Virus record (IMG/VR): IMGVR_UViG_3300023179_000065
Coordinates: 20,467-84,466 of that record
Reading direction: 5' to 3' (one strand)
DNA from: a virus
Lineage: Duplodnaviria > Caudoviricetes
DNA length: 64,000 nucleotides
Numbering within the stretch: position 1 is the first letter of the stretch; every line of letters begins with the position of its first letter. The notes beneath the pieces were generated by a model, which was not told the origin of the DNA, searched no databases, and saw only the letters and a list, made by a program, of their open reading frames with translations. Below are positions 21,101 through 32,884 of the stretch, in pieces. A program made the translations under genes and the position numbers.

Positions 21101-24100
21101 TAACAATAGCACACGCACCGCAATGGGTAATACATCTATTAACATAGTTGAAATTCCTGAGTTTAAATTGCCTAGCGGTAAAGTCTTAGGTCTAGAAAAT
21201 GCTTTGGACTTCAGACCTAGAATACAATCCCAAGCAACCTACACCTCTAATCCTAACGCGGCATCTGTTAATCCAGCGAATACTAGAACCTTCTATACGT
21301 CGGATAAATTATTCCCTATTCCAGATAGCAATGCAATTTTTAACTACGAAGCGTATCTGAAGAGAAAAGATAGAGTAGTAGTTTCTAAAGCTGGTAATAT
21401 TAAGGTAGTAGAAGGTACTCCTGCCTATGTGCCTGTGCCTACTGAAGCACCTGCAGATAGCATTACAATTTCTATACTTGAAATACCTTCATACCCATCT
21501 TTACCAAAGGTGCCTGATAGTAACGTAGTAGACTTGTTTACTAAGCGTACTGGTACAGCTTCAGGGCTTTATTCGCGCCATGTAAACTACACTGTAAAAG
21601 ATGTTTATGATGCTACTGAAGCTTCCAAGACACCTAAGAGATATACTATGGGTGAAATTGGTAATCTTGAAAGCAGAATTAAAAACCTTGAATACTATAC
21701 CTCTCTTAATTTACTAGACAAAAAAACAAAAGATATTAATATTCCTAGTTCTATTAACCCTTCACTTGATAGAACTAAGTATGGATATTTTGTTGACAAC
21801 TTTAATGACTACTTAAGTTCAGATATCAACAATAAGGAAATGACCGCTTATATAGATCAGGAAGCAGGTCGACTAATTCCACAAATTAAGAGCTTTAACC
21901 TGCAGGCCAGATTTAATTATGATGATAGCACTACGCTTAACAGCTTAAGATATAGTGGCAACGTTGTTAGTGAACCAGCACCTGGCAAGTGGTCAGAGCA
22001 TGTGTTAATGTTACCGTCTAACGGGGAAATTAATATTATTTCTCAAAACAGATTTACCTCTGCTGTTAATGGTACAGGCGGAGATACAAAGTTTGTTGGA
22101 GATATGATTACCGAGCCAGGCAATCTAAGAGTTGCTTTTAAGGTAGCTGTTAAACAGGTTGACACAACATTAATTCAAGAAAGCCCTGCAATAGATGTTA
22201 CTCCTGATGACATTGTTAGTAATACTAATCCTAGATATGTGCTTTCAGCATCTAAGAGAGAAGTAACGGAAGGTAGCAACGTGTCTATTAGCTTTATAAC
22301 AGTTAATGTTGCTAATGGAACTAGTTTTGATTATGCAATAACAGGTGCTAATGTTACCTCTGGAGATATTAGTGTACCTCTCACTGGCACCTTAACGGTA
22401 GAAGGTAACACTGACGTTGCTTATGCTAATTTGCAAATTGACATTTTAAATGACTTTACTACCGAGTCTTTAGAGACCATGGTATTTACTGTTAATACTT
22501 CTCCTACTACTTTTATCAACGTTAATATAGTAAGCACTTCAAGTAACACTGAATATCGTACCGTATTTACTTCTCCAACTGGCACCGATAGTGTAGGCGA
22601 GGGGCAAAACTGCTACTTTACGTTTACAGTTAGCAACCCACAAGTAAATACGTACCCTTATAGCATCACTGGTATTGGTATCACTAATAGCGATATTACT
22701 ATTAGCACATCAAGCAATTCTACAAGCAATGTATCGGTAGATACAACTGGTCTAGGCGGAACGCTCACTATTAATTCTACCGGGGGATGTGCTGTTTACC
22801 TTTCGATAGCAAATGATGCGGTAGTTGAAGGTTCAGAACCAGCCACCTTCACTATAGCTCATCCAGCCTATTCTAGTTACAGTTTTGTACTTACAGACGG
22901 CACTATAATTAACTTCCCGCTAAGTGTTAGTAATTCCAGTATTGACAGCGGCACCAGCGCTACATTTGTACTGACTTCTTCCGGCACTATTACTAACGGT
23001 ACTAAGGCAAGTTATACAATAAGCGGCGTAGAGCCTCTCGACATAAATGTTCCGCTTTCGGGGGATGTTACTTTTAATAATAACTATGCTAACTTAACTA
23101 TAACAGCAAATTCCAGCAGCTTATCTAATGGTATTAAGACACTTTTATATACTGTTACACCTCCAAGTGGGGCAAACTATAATACTACTCCTGTATTTGT
23201 AAGTACTAATATTAGATATTCAAGAGATGATAGTGCTCGACTAATATGTAATGTTAATAGCATTACTGAAACTAGTGCAGCAGGGTTTACTTTAACACTT
23301 GCAAATGGATATTCTGGTAGTATACCTTATACTATTGCAGGAAGCGCAGGATTTACCAGTGGAGATATTGATACAAGCCTTACCGGCAACATTACAGTAT
23401 CGTCTGGTACCGGGACTTTAAATGTCACTGCATTAAACAACGCTAACGGGGAAAGCAATGAAACGTTTACATTAACTATACCTAGCATAACCGATATGAC
23501 TACAGGGCAAGCATTGTCTAGATCTGTAATTATTTTAGCAGACCCAACAGATAATTCCGGTAGATTAACATCAAATGCAACTAGTATTTCTGAAACCAAC
23601 ACAGTCAGATTTACATTAACACTTGCCAATAATGCTTCTGGCAGCTTTGCATATACTATTACCGGGGGCGCAGGATTTACCAGTGGGGATATCAATACAA
23701 GCCTTACTGGTAATATTACTGTAACATCTGGCACTGGCACACTAGATGTTACAGCTTTAAATAATGCCAGTGGAGAAAGTGATGAAACATTTACTGTTAC
23801 TGTGGCCGGGGTCACAGCACCTGGCGGCGGCACATTAGCACAATCAGTAACTATTGCAGGAGATACCCCAGTAACAGACAATTCTGGTAGATTTACTGCT
23901 AACGCAACTAGTATTACTGAAACTAACACTGCTAGATTTACATTAACACTTGCCAATAATGCTTCTGGCAGCTTTGCATATACTATTACTGGTACCAGCG
24001 GATTTACCAGTGGGGATATCAATACAAGCCTTACTGGTAATATTACTGTAACATCTGGCACTGGCACACTAGATGTTACAGCTTTAAATAATGCCAGTGG

Positions 24101-25865
24101 AGAAAGTGATGAAACATTTACTGTTACTGTGGCCGGGGTCACAGCACCTGGCGGCGGCACATTAGCACAATCAGTAACTATCAAAGCAGATCCCGCTGTA
24201 TCTTATAGTTTAGAAACTTCCGGTAGAGAAGTACAAGAAGGAGGCAACGTTGTATTTACGCTAGTAACTACCGGAATAGGAGCTGGAACTTATCAATATA
24301 ACATTACTCCCACTACCAATAATGGTGACGGCATAACTCAAACTGATTTTGTTACCCCATTATCTGGTACAATTACAGTTACCGGTAACACTACTTTAGC
24401 CACAGGTAGTGTAACAGTAACTGTTGCTAACGATATCATTAATGAAGCCGATGAGACATTTGCATTTACGGTTTCAGGCACAACGGCTGCAGTGACTGGA
24501 TCGCCGTCGTTCGTAACTATTAAAAATACTCAAGTTGCTACTCCAACTCTAACGTGTGATAAGAGAGTAGTGTATGCAAAAGTAGAGTCAGAAACTACAG
24601 AGGCTACTGTTACTTATACGTTAGAAGTACCCGGAGCAGCTAACGGTACAGTATATCCTTATCAGATTATGAACGTTGGAGGGTCAGTAGAACCGTTCAG
24701 ATACAAAAATGATGGTGTTTTAATTGATTCTGGTAGTGTAGATGAAGATAATAATCCAATTTACGTTTTAGATAAATCTAAAGCTCCTACAGGCTCAGTT
24801 ATTAACAAATTTGCTGCCTATAAATGGAATTTAAAATCTATAAATGCTAAAGGTACTTTGACTATTAATAATGGTAAAGCTACTAAGCAAATACCGTATT
24901 TTAGAGATGATAATGATGGTGCTGGAGAAGAATATTATTTAATGAGAGTGCAGCTGGGGACTGTTACTGACGATCAAACAAGAGGTAGTAATGATCTTCT
25001 ATCCCCTGCCACGTTTATAGCTGCTAGTACTTTTTCAGCATCTTCAATAGGCACCCTAACTTGTAACTTTAATAAAACATCAGTAGCGGCAGGTAATACA
25101 TTTACATACAAAGCCAGTATCGCTAAAGGTATAGATGCAGTGGTATTAAATTACAATATTACTGGTGTTGTATCAGATGATATTTGTGGTGCGCCGCTTT
25201 CTGGTCAATTAATTACTCAGAGAGCCAACACCGCGGATATTTCTGGGGTAGTTGATACCTACGCTACACTCAGCTTTACTTCAAATGCTAATCTTACAAC
25301 TAATAAAAACATTATTGTTACAGCCACTGCGCTTAATAATCAACTAGTATCTCCTGCTATAGTTTCATCTGATACTTTGTTAATAGCAGCAGCCGCACCT
25401 GCGACACCTCTATATAACTTAACTTGCCAGACTATAGTAGGCACTTATGGAACTGGTACAAGCACTAAGCCTTACGGGTATATAAAATGCTATTTTAATA
25501 CTTCTAATATAGCTAAATCAGCCACACTCACAGTCAAGCTATTTAACGAGACACAAAATAAATATGTCATAACAAGCGGCAATAGAACAATAACAGCAAA
25601 ATCTACTAATAATGATTTTAGTATTGCTCTTAATGCCAATACCCCTACTGCAGGCTCACCGTACTTAACTACGTACTTAACTACTGGCATTCTTTTTTCT
25701 GTAAGCGATGCAATTTATACCGGTTATAAGACTGGCGATATGTTAAGAGTTGAAATTTACAGCGGCAGCACTAAGATAGCGGAAGCAAAAACCGTAGCAC
25801 CCAATCCAACTATCACTGGCACACAGCCTTCCGATGTTCTCTTTCAAAAGATAGGATATGCATAA
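18156..25865 (+). CDS. Large virion structural protein, VrlC/DUF4815-like N-terminal half plus Calx-beta/Ig-like repeat array
   Basis: TNLNVAPYFDDY...ILFRPGVSVQARELTQIQ, APGANRLK, RTTETSGNF, RYTMGEIGNLESRIKNLEYYTSL and YFVDNF, followed by about seven ~110-aa beta-sandwich repeats (EG..V.F.L......Y.I.G....DI...LTG......ND...E..E.F). Confidence 0.8.
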   Translation: MSIETNLNVAPYFDDYTENSNYYKILFRPGVSVQARELTQIQDILQTQVERFGNHVFKSGTIVSGVNFQFYPAYSYVKLLDNQADGQPAIPTEYVNYYAKNAANVQAKIINAKQGLQSTDPDTNYLYLNYINSGDSALETSFANSDVLTIFSKNYEIFDFNVVNGGTSFSNSDTVQITSALLVSNSSIDPNAGISQVNGTTVANVYVYEANNNFSITLNNVTYTSNDGYTILKIKPHTNDLANSSVGAEKWTITNEGFVVQGSNSAYVVSLVGTGASAVLTTDSSGVITDVSLTNPGTNYIEAPYVTVRSSTGTFNNLEITPQMFKAQVLVADSSYSGGNSTPVGNAYAFGVTEGIIYQKGFFLGVNSQITVVNSYSTNVNSVSVGFITQEAIVNTNVDSTLLDNATGTPNFAAPGANRLKFIPTLSVVATANAESNNTFFPLVEFREGQPYKQYKNTLYNILSKEFERRTTETSGNFVVDPFIVSTKDQTTWSNSYFNAVSDPGILYIDGVRVDTQRNTFVPVRRSNDTYILEDQITSINYGSYVLVKELAGFVDTDAAPEVSIYGVPYQYYTKNKSSISFTDTVIGTAKVRSIVYDSGTPGTSSANYRMYLFDVSMRQGYSFSQARSIYYNGVSYDGVADLVLERNNLNKEIAVLKDPKNSSLLFDLSVEGVKSVNSVTYGYRSAVSSANISSNGVASLTISDQFIYGNNATLSANQRKEVILVPLANAISTNTATVELTRNNKFVIGDLLDTYFKPGDSVYLENSANDSIYLYSSVASVSNNTYMVLNDAWPFDSNTSINVSRYLPGNVPVPLDDTRVSVNTNSTGTTLYVNLNGVSPNTFSLSSSVPAAITYNAIKTNFQKLAKLVSRNNYVKICLANNVATTKGPWCLGIPDAFRLNRVFIANSSTVNTNSTVITDNFYIDNGQTSDYYGHAHLAKRNSIARNLSEDQWLLVEFDAFYLGTPSAAGFFSVLSYPLNSNNSTRTAMGNTSINIVEIPEFKLPSGKVLGLENALDFRPRIQSQATYTSNPNAASVNPANTRTFYTSDKLFPIPDSNAIFNYEAYLKRKDRVVVSKAGNIKVVEGTPAYVPVPTEAPADSITISILEIPSYPSLPKVPDSNVVDLFTKRTGTASGLYSRHVNYTVKDVYDATEASKTPKRYTMGEIGNLESRIKNLEYYTSLNLLDKKTKDINIPSSINPSLDRTKYGYFVDNFNDYLSSDINNKEMTAYIDQEAGRLIPQIKSFNLQARFNYDDSTTLNSLRYSGNVVSEPAPGKWSEHVLMLPSNGEINIISQNRFTSAVNGTGGDTKFVGDMITEPGNLRVAFKVAVKQVDTTLIQESPAIDVTPDDIVSNTNPRYVLSASKREVTEGSNVSISFITVNVANGTSFDYAITGANVTSGDISVPLTGTLTVEGNTDVAYANLQIDILNDFTTESLETMVFTVNTSPTTFINVNIVSTSSNTEYRTVFTSPTGTDSVGEGQNCYFTFTVSNPQVNTYPYSITGIGITNSDITISTSSNSTSNVSVDTTGLGGTLTINSTGGCAVYLSIANDAVVEGSEPATFTIAHPAYSSYSFVLTDGTIINFPLSVSNSSIDSGTSATFVLTSSGTITNGTKASYTISGVEPLDINVPLSGDVTFNNNYANLTITANSSSLSNGIKTLLYTVTPPSGANYNTTPVFVSTNIRYSRDDSARLICNVNSITETSAAGFTLTLANGYSGSIPYTIAGSAGFTSGDIDTSLTGNITVSSGTGTLNVTALNNANGESNETFTLTIPSITDMTTGQALSRSVIILADPTDNSGRLTSNATSISETNTVRFTLTLANNASGSFAYTITGGAGFTSGDINTSLTGNITVTSGTGTLDVTALNNASGESDETFTVTVAGVTAPGGGTLAQSVTIAGDTPVTDNSGRFTANATSITETNTARFTLTLANNASGSFAYTITGTSGFTSGDINTSLTGNITVTSGTGTLDVTALNNASGESDETFTVTVAGVTAPGGGTLAQSVTIKADPAVSYSLETSGREVQEGGNVVFTLVTTGIGAGTYQYNITPTTNNGDGITQTDFVTPLSGTITVTGNTTLATGSVTVTVANDIINEADETFAFTVSGTTAAVTGSPSFVTIKNTQVATPTLTCDKRVVYAKVESETTEATVTYTLEVPGAANGTVYPYQIMNVGGSVEPFRYKNDGVLIDSGSVDEDNNPIYVLDKSKAPTGSVINKFAAYKWNLKSINAKGTLTINNGKATKQIPYFRDDNDGAGEEYYLMRVQLGTVTDDQTRGSNDLLSPATFIAASTFSASSIGTLTCNFNKTSVAAGNTFTYKASIAKGIDAVVLNYNITGVVSDDICGAPLSGQLITQRANTADISGVVDTYATLSFTSNANLTTNKNIIVTATALNNQLVSPAIVSSDTLLIAAAAPATPLYNLTCQTIVGTYGTGTSTKPYGYIKCYFNTSNIAKSATLTVKLFNETQNKYVITSGNRTITAKSTNNDFSIALNANTPTAGSPYLTTYLTTGILFSVSDAIYTGYKTGDMLRVEIYSGSTKIAEAKTVAPNPTITGTQPSDVLFQKIGYA
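23229..24181 (+). repeat. Tandem triplication of a ~109-aa Ig/Calx-like module
   Basis: Period 327 nt. 23673-23854 and 24000-24181 are identical over 182 bp; the first copy (~23229-23545) is more diverged. Confidence 0.9.
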
Positions 25866-26368
25866 TGCCTAGTACTATTAATTCATTAGGATTTACAACC
25901 GAAGTAGGTAAAACTACTAGTCGTAATATAAGTTATATTGATGCTGTTGCAGAGCAAAGCTTTAAAGTGCGCATATACGGCTTAAACATTAACACTAAGC
26001 TTAATATGTATTCTAATAATAAGAAGGTTAGCTCTAATAATATTATTATGGAAGGTGGTGGCGACTTTAAAACAGATTTCAAAGGTGATGTTGAATTTGT
26101 TTACTACTATAAAGAAGCTCTTTCCGAGCTTACAAACGTATCTGAAACAGCATATCTAGATTATTTAAATAGAAACTCTGGCAGTCTAACTTTAGTAGCA
26201 GTTGATTCTGCATCAATTAACAGTAATACATTGCCTGTTAATTATAGAGATATTGCTAGATGCTATTCTGAATGCATAATAAATAAAACATACGACCCTC
26301 AAGTAACAACTAATTACTACGTGGAAATTAAAGAGGTGGGCAACACTTCTCCCACAACAAATGGTTAA
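25865..26368 (+). CDS. Virion structural protein (middle segment of the VrlC/DUF4815-like family)
   Basis: TAATG-coupled. FKVRIYGLNINTKL and TDFKGDVEF resemble the F...GLKP.T / TD..G segment of the single-gene homologues. Confidence 0.55.
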   Translation: MPSTINSLGFTTEVGKTTSRNISYIDAVAEQSFKVRIYGLNINTKLNMYSNNKKVSSNNIIMEGGGDFKTDFKGDVEFVYYYKEALSELTNVSETAYLDYLNRNSGSLTLVAVDSASINSNTLPVNYRDIARCYSECIINKTYDPQVTTNYYVEIKEVGNTSPTTNG

Positions 26369-26376
26369 AGGTTCAC

Positions 26377-28548
26377 ATGACTATAGTAGCTGATTTTGCA
26401 CAAACGTTTCTAGTTGACAGTAATGCAGTTCTCAAGTCACCATACGTTTTCCTTTCTAAAATCGATTTGTATTTTAAAAATAAACCAAGTGCTGCGTCTT
26501 CGTCTCAGACAAGCACTGGTGGTGTTTCTGTGCAGCCTGGTGCAACGGTTTATATTTGCGAAACAGAAAACATAAACAATATCGCGACTCCAAAGCTGGA
26601 CACATATATTAAATACGGGCGCGCTAGAGTCGAATATGCAAATATTAATACATCCACTACCGGGCAATCTGCTACAACGTTTAGATTTGATATTCCTGTA
26701 CCTATTTCGACAGACAAGTTTTATGCATTCGTAATTAAATTAGATAGTGGTGATTCGCAATTTGCATTGTGGCGGAACAAGGCAGGAGAAACATACAACG
26801 AAACACAAAGTTCCCCTGTTACTAAAGGAGCATTAGATGGCCAGTTTTTTGTTCTTACTAACGGTGCGTCCTTAACCCCTCTAACAGATACAGATTTAAA
26901 ATTTAATATCTCATCAGCAGTATTTCAACAGACACCCACATTATACAATGCTGTTAATAGAGATATGGAATTTGTAACCTTCTTTAAAGATTACTCTACC
27001 GGTAGACTAATAGGCGGTGAATCAGTGTTTTGTAATACTGGATATGTCGCTGCTCAAACAGTTGCTATTGTCGCAGGTAACAATATAGTTCACGGAGTTA
27101 GTACAGTATTTACTACTAACTTTACTGCCGGTGATACTATAGTATTAAACACTGGTAATACTAATATTATTCGTAGAATTGATAGTATTTCTAACAACAC
27201 AACACTATCGCTTTCATCACCCGTACCAGTAACTAATTCATCGGCTAATTATCTAATAGCACCTACTGCAAGAGTAATAAATTTTAACAAGCAAAAAGGA
27301 TTTGTTATTTTAGGCGGTTCCAGTTCCAATTCTACCTATAATTTTGCTGCCAATAGCACCAGCAACACTATCGTAGGGGAACTATCTGGCTCGTCTGTTA
27401 AAATCTCATCAGTAGAAAATTTTCCAGTAAATCAATTTTTATCTGAATTTAAAATTCTTGCTCCAGTAGACACTACTACCAACACGTACGTGAATTTTTC
27501 TAACTCGACATATGCAACAGTAGACAGCGATATAGAAGTTAGGCAATTTAAAAAAACTAATGTAGTAGAATACAAAGCTTATTGCAGCTCAAGATCTAAT
27601 GAAGTAAGCAATCCTGCGTTTCTTAATAATGATAAATCAGTTAATTTTTATCTACTCTTTGACACTGATAATCCATTTCTTACTCCAGTACTTGACGAAG
27701 AAGATATGTTGTTTCATGCAACATCCGTATACGCTGATGCTAATTACACAGACGAGGAATTACCAGGAAAAGGTAAATCAGCTGCAAAGTATATTGGTCG
27801 CGATGTAAGCTTAGCAAAGGGCGTTGTTGCGGAAGATATAAAAGTATATTTAACCGCACACAGACCAGCAGGTACTGATCTACAAGTATATGTAAGCTTC
27901 TATAATGATAATGATGGCGACATAAAAGATAATAAACTTTGGACAAGATTAAAGAATGTATCTCCAGATAATCTGTTTAGTGCTGTAGATAATGAAAATG
28001 ATTTAGTGGAACTAGAGTATGATCTGTCATATTATCCATTATCTAGTTATGACAATACAGTCTCAGGTAGAGCAGTCACCGGTACATTCACTATTAATTT
28101 TAACGGCAAAGATAGCTATGCAGCTAGAACCTTGATAGGCACTAGCGGGTTTATTAATGATGTGGTTAGCCCAGGTAATCTAGTAAGAATTTACAACCCG
28201 CTGTTCCCGGATCAATCAGTTATTTCCGAAGTAGAAGGGGTGTATGAAAATAGAATTAGAATTACTAGAGATATAAATTATTACGTTAACGGTAATAGTG
28301 AACAAGATGCTATTAATCTTAAGCTTGCTTCATTTGCTTCAGGGGGCCTAGTAGTAGAAGTATTGGATTACCCAGGCACCGCATTTAAAGACTATTTAAA
28401 TTCTGGTAAACTAACCTACCATTCTAGCGAGCTGAGTGTTGTAGAAGGGTATACTGCCTTTAAAGTTAAAATAATTTTAGTATCAGATTCTACTACTGGT
28501 TATTATCCGTCAGTAAGTGACGTTAGAGCAATCGCGCTATCCGTATAA
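26377..28548 (+). CDS. Virion structural protein (C-terminal segment of the VrlC/DUF4815-like family)
   Basis: FAQTFLV...FLSKIDLYFKNKP, DTDLKF, KYIGRDVSL...AEDIKVYL...RPAGTDLQVY and FKVKIILVS...P.VSDVRAIAL. Confidence 0.7.
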   Translation: MTIVADFAQTFLVDSNAVLKSPYVFLSKIDLYFKNKPSAASSSQTSTGGVSVQPGATVYICETENINNIATPKLDTYIKYGRARVEYANINTSTTGQSATTFRFDIPVPISTDKFYAFVIKLDSGDSQFALWRNKAGETYNETQSSPVTKGALDGQFFVLTNGASLTPLTDTDLKFNISSAVFQQTPTLYNAVNRDMEFVTFFKDYSTGRLIGGESVFCNTGYVAAQTVAIVAGNNIVHGVSTVFTTNFTAGDTIVLNTGNTNIIRRIDSISNNTTLSLSSPVPVTNSSANYLIAPTARVINFNKQKGFVILGGSSSNSTYNFAANSTSNTIVGELSGSSVKISSVENFPVNQFLSEFKILAPVDTTTNTYVNFSNSTYATVDSDIEVRQFKKTNVVEYKAYCSSRSNEVSNPAFLNNDKSVNFYLLFDTDNPFLTPVLDEEDMLFHATSVYADANYTDEELPGKGKSAAKYIGRDVSLAKGVVAEDIKVYLTAHRPAGTDLQVYVSFYNDNDGDIKDNKLWTRLKNVSPDNLFSAVDNENDLVELEYDLSYYPLSSYDNTVSGRAVTGTFTINFNGKDSYAARTLIGTSGFINDVVSPGNLVRIYNPLFPDQSVISEVEGVYENRIRITRDINYYVNGNSEQDAINLKLASFASGGLVVEVLDYPGTAFKDYLNSGKLTYHSSELSVVEGYTAFKVKIILVSDSTTGYYPSVSDVRAIALSV

Positions 28549-28556
28549 GGTAAAAA

Positions 28557-30095
28557 ATGTCTAGACCTATTTCTAATTTGCAAATTGCTACAGATACATT
28601 TTATGGTTTATATAGTAAAACTAATCAGCTGTTAGGCGCGCTAACATATGAAATAGTTACTACAAGCAATACTATAAACGGCGCAAATACTTCAGGGAAT
28701 GCTAGTGTTATAGGTACGCTATCAGCGAATGTATTATCTACCTCAGTTCTTAGAGGTGGTGCTAGCGGCAATACTGCTAACATATCTACACTAACTGTAG
28801 GTTTAGCTAATTCTACAACATCATCGAACGTTAGTATTTCCGGGTATGCTGCCAATATAGTAGCAAATACTCTTAATATTACTTCAAACGTAAATATCTC
28901 TTCATCTAATACTTACATAGTATCTGACAGCGTACAGGTCTTAAGCAATACTCAGATATGGGGTAATAGCACAGTAAATGTGCTACAGGTATACGGTAAC
29001 AGCACATCAACCTTTATGACTGTTACTGGTGTCAATACTAATATTAGAACTACTGGTTTTAATGTTAATAGTGTTTCTAACGTTACTGGTAATACTAATC
29101 TTAAAGCCAACACTACAGTTACTAATATATCCGTTAACGGAAATAATACTACATCTAACGTTACACTAACGGGTAATCTTGTTACTATTTCTAGCAATGC
29201 AACGTTTAGTGGTGGCTTAACATCAGTTACAGGCAACCTAGCAGTCGATACCAGTACCTTATTTGTTGACTCGGTTACTAATTATGTTGGTATAGCAACA
29301 TCAACACCACAGCACCCGCTACACGTAATTGGTACTGGTACAACAGAAATATTTTCCGTAGAGAATACAACAGACAACTCAGCCGTACACGTAGCGTCAA
29401 CTAATTCGTATGCAGGCGGTAATACTATTACTATTTACGCTGACACCGGGAATCAGTTAAGATTAGCATCGAATAATAATGTAGGCTCAGGTTATATATT
29501 CTTAGCTGCTAACGGTAACGTTGGTTTGTCTAACAATGCACCTGCTGCATTACTATCTATTAGTAATACTAAAGTATATGCTAATGGTACTATTCAGACC
29601 AGCGGGGACCTGATCTGCTCTGGTGACTTATATGCAAATATTGTATTCATGGGCGGCACTGATCAGAATACAGTTACTGCTACTGTATGCCCAATCGTTC
29701 CTCCAAACACAATATACAGCTCTAATTCAACCTTCGGTGGTTTAACTGGTCCATATTCATTCTTGCAGTTCTCTAATACCGACCCTCAAATCATCGATGC
29801 TATTTCTAGTGCGCAGGGTACTGGTTATCAAGCGGTTAAATTTACACTGCAAGTTCAAGACAATGAACAAATTGATGAAGTGGTTATGACAGAAGTCAAT
29901 GTTGTTTATGGTTACGGCAATGTGCACTCGACTCAGTTTGGAACGATATATACAAATACAAATTTTATAGAAGTAGGTACCAGTGCTAATTCAACTGCTA
30001 TCCTTCTAGTTGCTAATCCAACATCTGCATATCTTGCATCTAAAGGTGGAACAGCAAATCTTCAATTCAGAGGCGTAAGACAGAAAGTACGTTAA
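28557..30095 (+). CDS. Putative tail fibre protein
   Basis: N-terminal TDTF......TN, N/S/T/V-rich beta repeats, VDTSTLFVDSVTNYVGIATSTP..PLHV fibre motif, and C-terminal KFTLQV...EVNVV...STQFG domain. Confidence 0.7.
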   Translation: MSRPISNLQIATDTFYGLYSKTNQLLGALTYEIVTTSNTINGANTSGNASVIGTLSANVLSTSVLRGGASGNTANISTLTVGLANSTTSSNVSISGYAANIVANTLNITSNVNISSSNTYIVSDSVQVLSNTQIWGNSTVNVLQVYGNSTSTFMTVTGVNTNIRTTGFNVNSVSNVTGNTNLKANTTVTNISVNGNNTTSNVTLTGNLVTISSNATFSGGLTSVTGNLAVDTSTLFVDSVTNYVGIATSTPQHPLHVIGTGTTEIFSVENTTDNSAVHVASTNSYAGGNTITIYADTGNQLRLASNNNVGSGYIFLAANGNVGLSNNAPAALLSISNTKVYANGTIQTSGDLICSGDLYANIVFMGGTDQNTVTATVCPIVPPNTIYSSNSTFGGLTGPYSFLQFSNTDPQIIDAISSAQGTGYQAVKFTLQVQDNEQIDEVVMTEVNVVYGYGNVHSTQFGTIYTNTNFIEVGTSANSTAILLVANPTSAYLASKGGTANLQFRGVRQKVR

Positions 30096-30116
30096 TACGG
30101 CGGAAAGGGAAGCTAA

Positions 30117-32546
<2,430 letters not shown>

Positions 32547-32559
32547 GGAGGAAGGTAAA

Positions 32560-32883
32560 ATGGCTGTCGTAAAAATTCACGAAATTATTTTATATACTTG
32601 CGATTCAGTTAATTCGCTAGATGGGCACGATCTAGCCGCATGGTTAGATCATACAGATATCAAGTATGTTAGAATGCATTATAATAATACAGCAGTGTTA
32701 GATACTGTAATAAACAATCTTAACACATGGTGGAAAGACAAACAACTAACTGCTAGTTCCTGGCCATTCGTGACCTATAAGGAGGAGCATGACGATGGCA
32801 GACCTTCATACGCACTTACATCAAACTTTATTGAAGGTTTACAAAACGTTAAAGATCAATTACCTGCTTTAGTGGCATTATAA
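32560..32883 (+). CDS. Small hypothetical protein, possibly glutaredoxin-like fold without CxxC
   Basis: Start reassigned to ATG 32560, downstream of the SD AAGGAGG. Pattern ILYT...LAAWLD..DIKY...WPFV. Confidence 0.55.
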   Translation: MAVVKIHEIILYTCDSVNSLDGHDLAAWLDHTDIKYVRMHYNNTAVLDTVINNLNTWWKDKQLTASSWPFVTYKEEHDDGRPSYALTSNFIEGLQNVKDQLPALVAL

Positions 32884-32884
32884 A

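Noticed and set aside
23327-24184. 285-aa minus-strand ORF and similar antisense ORFs (36976-37710, 59286-59747 etc.)
   Set aside because: Mirror frames of T/V/S/N-rich structural genes; no SD or recognisable motifs.
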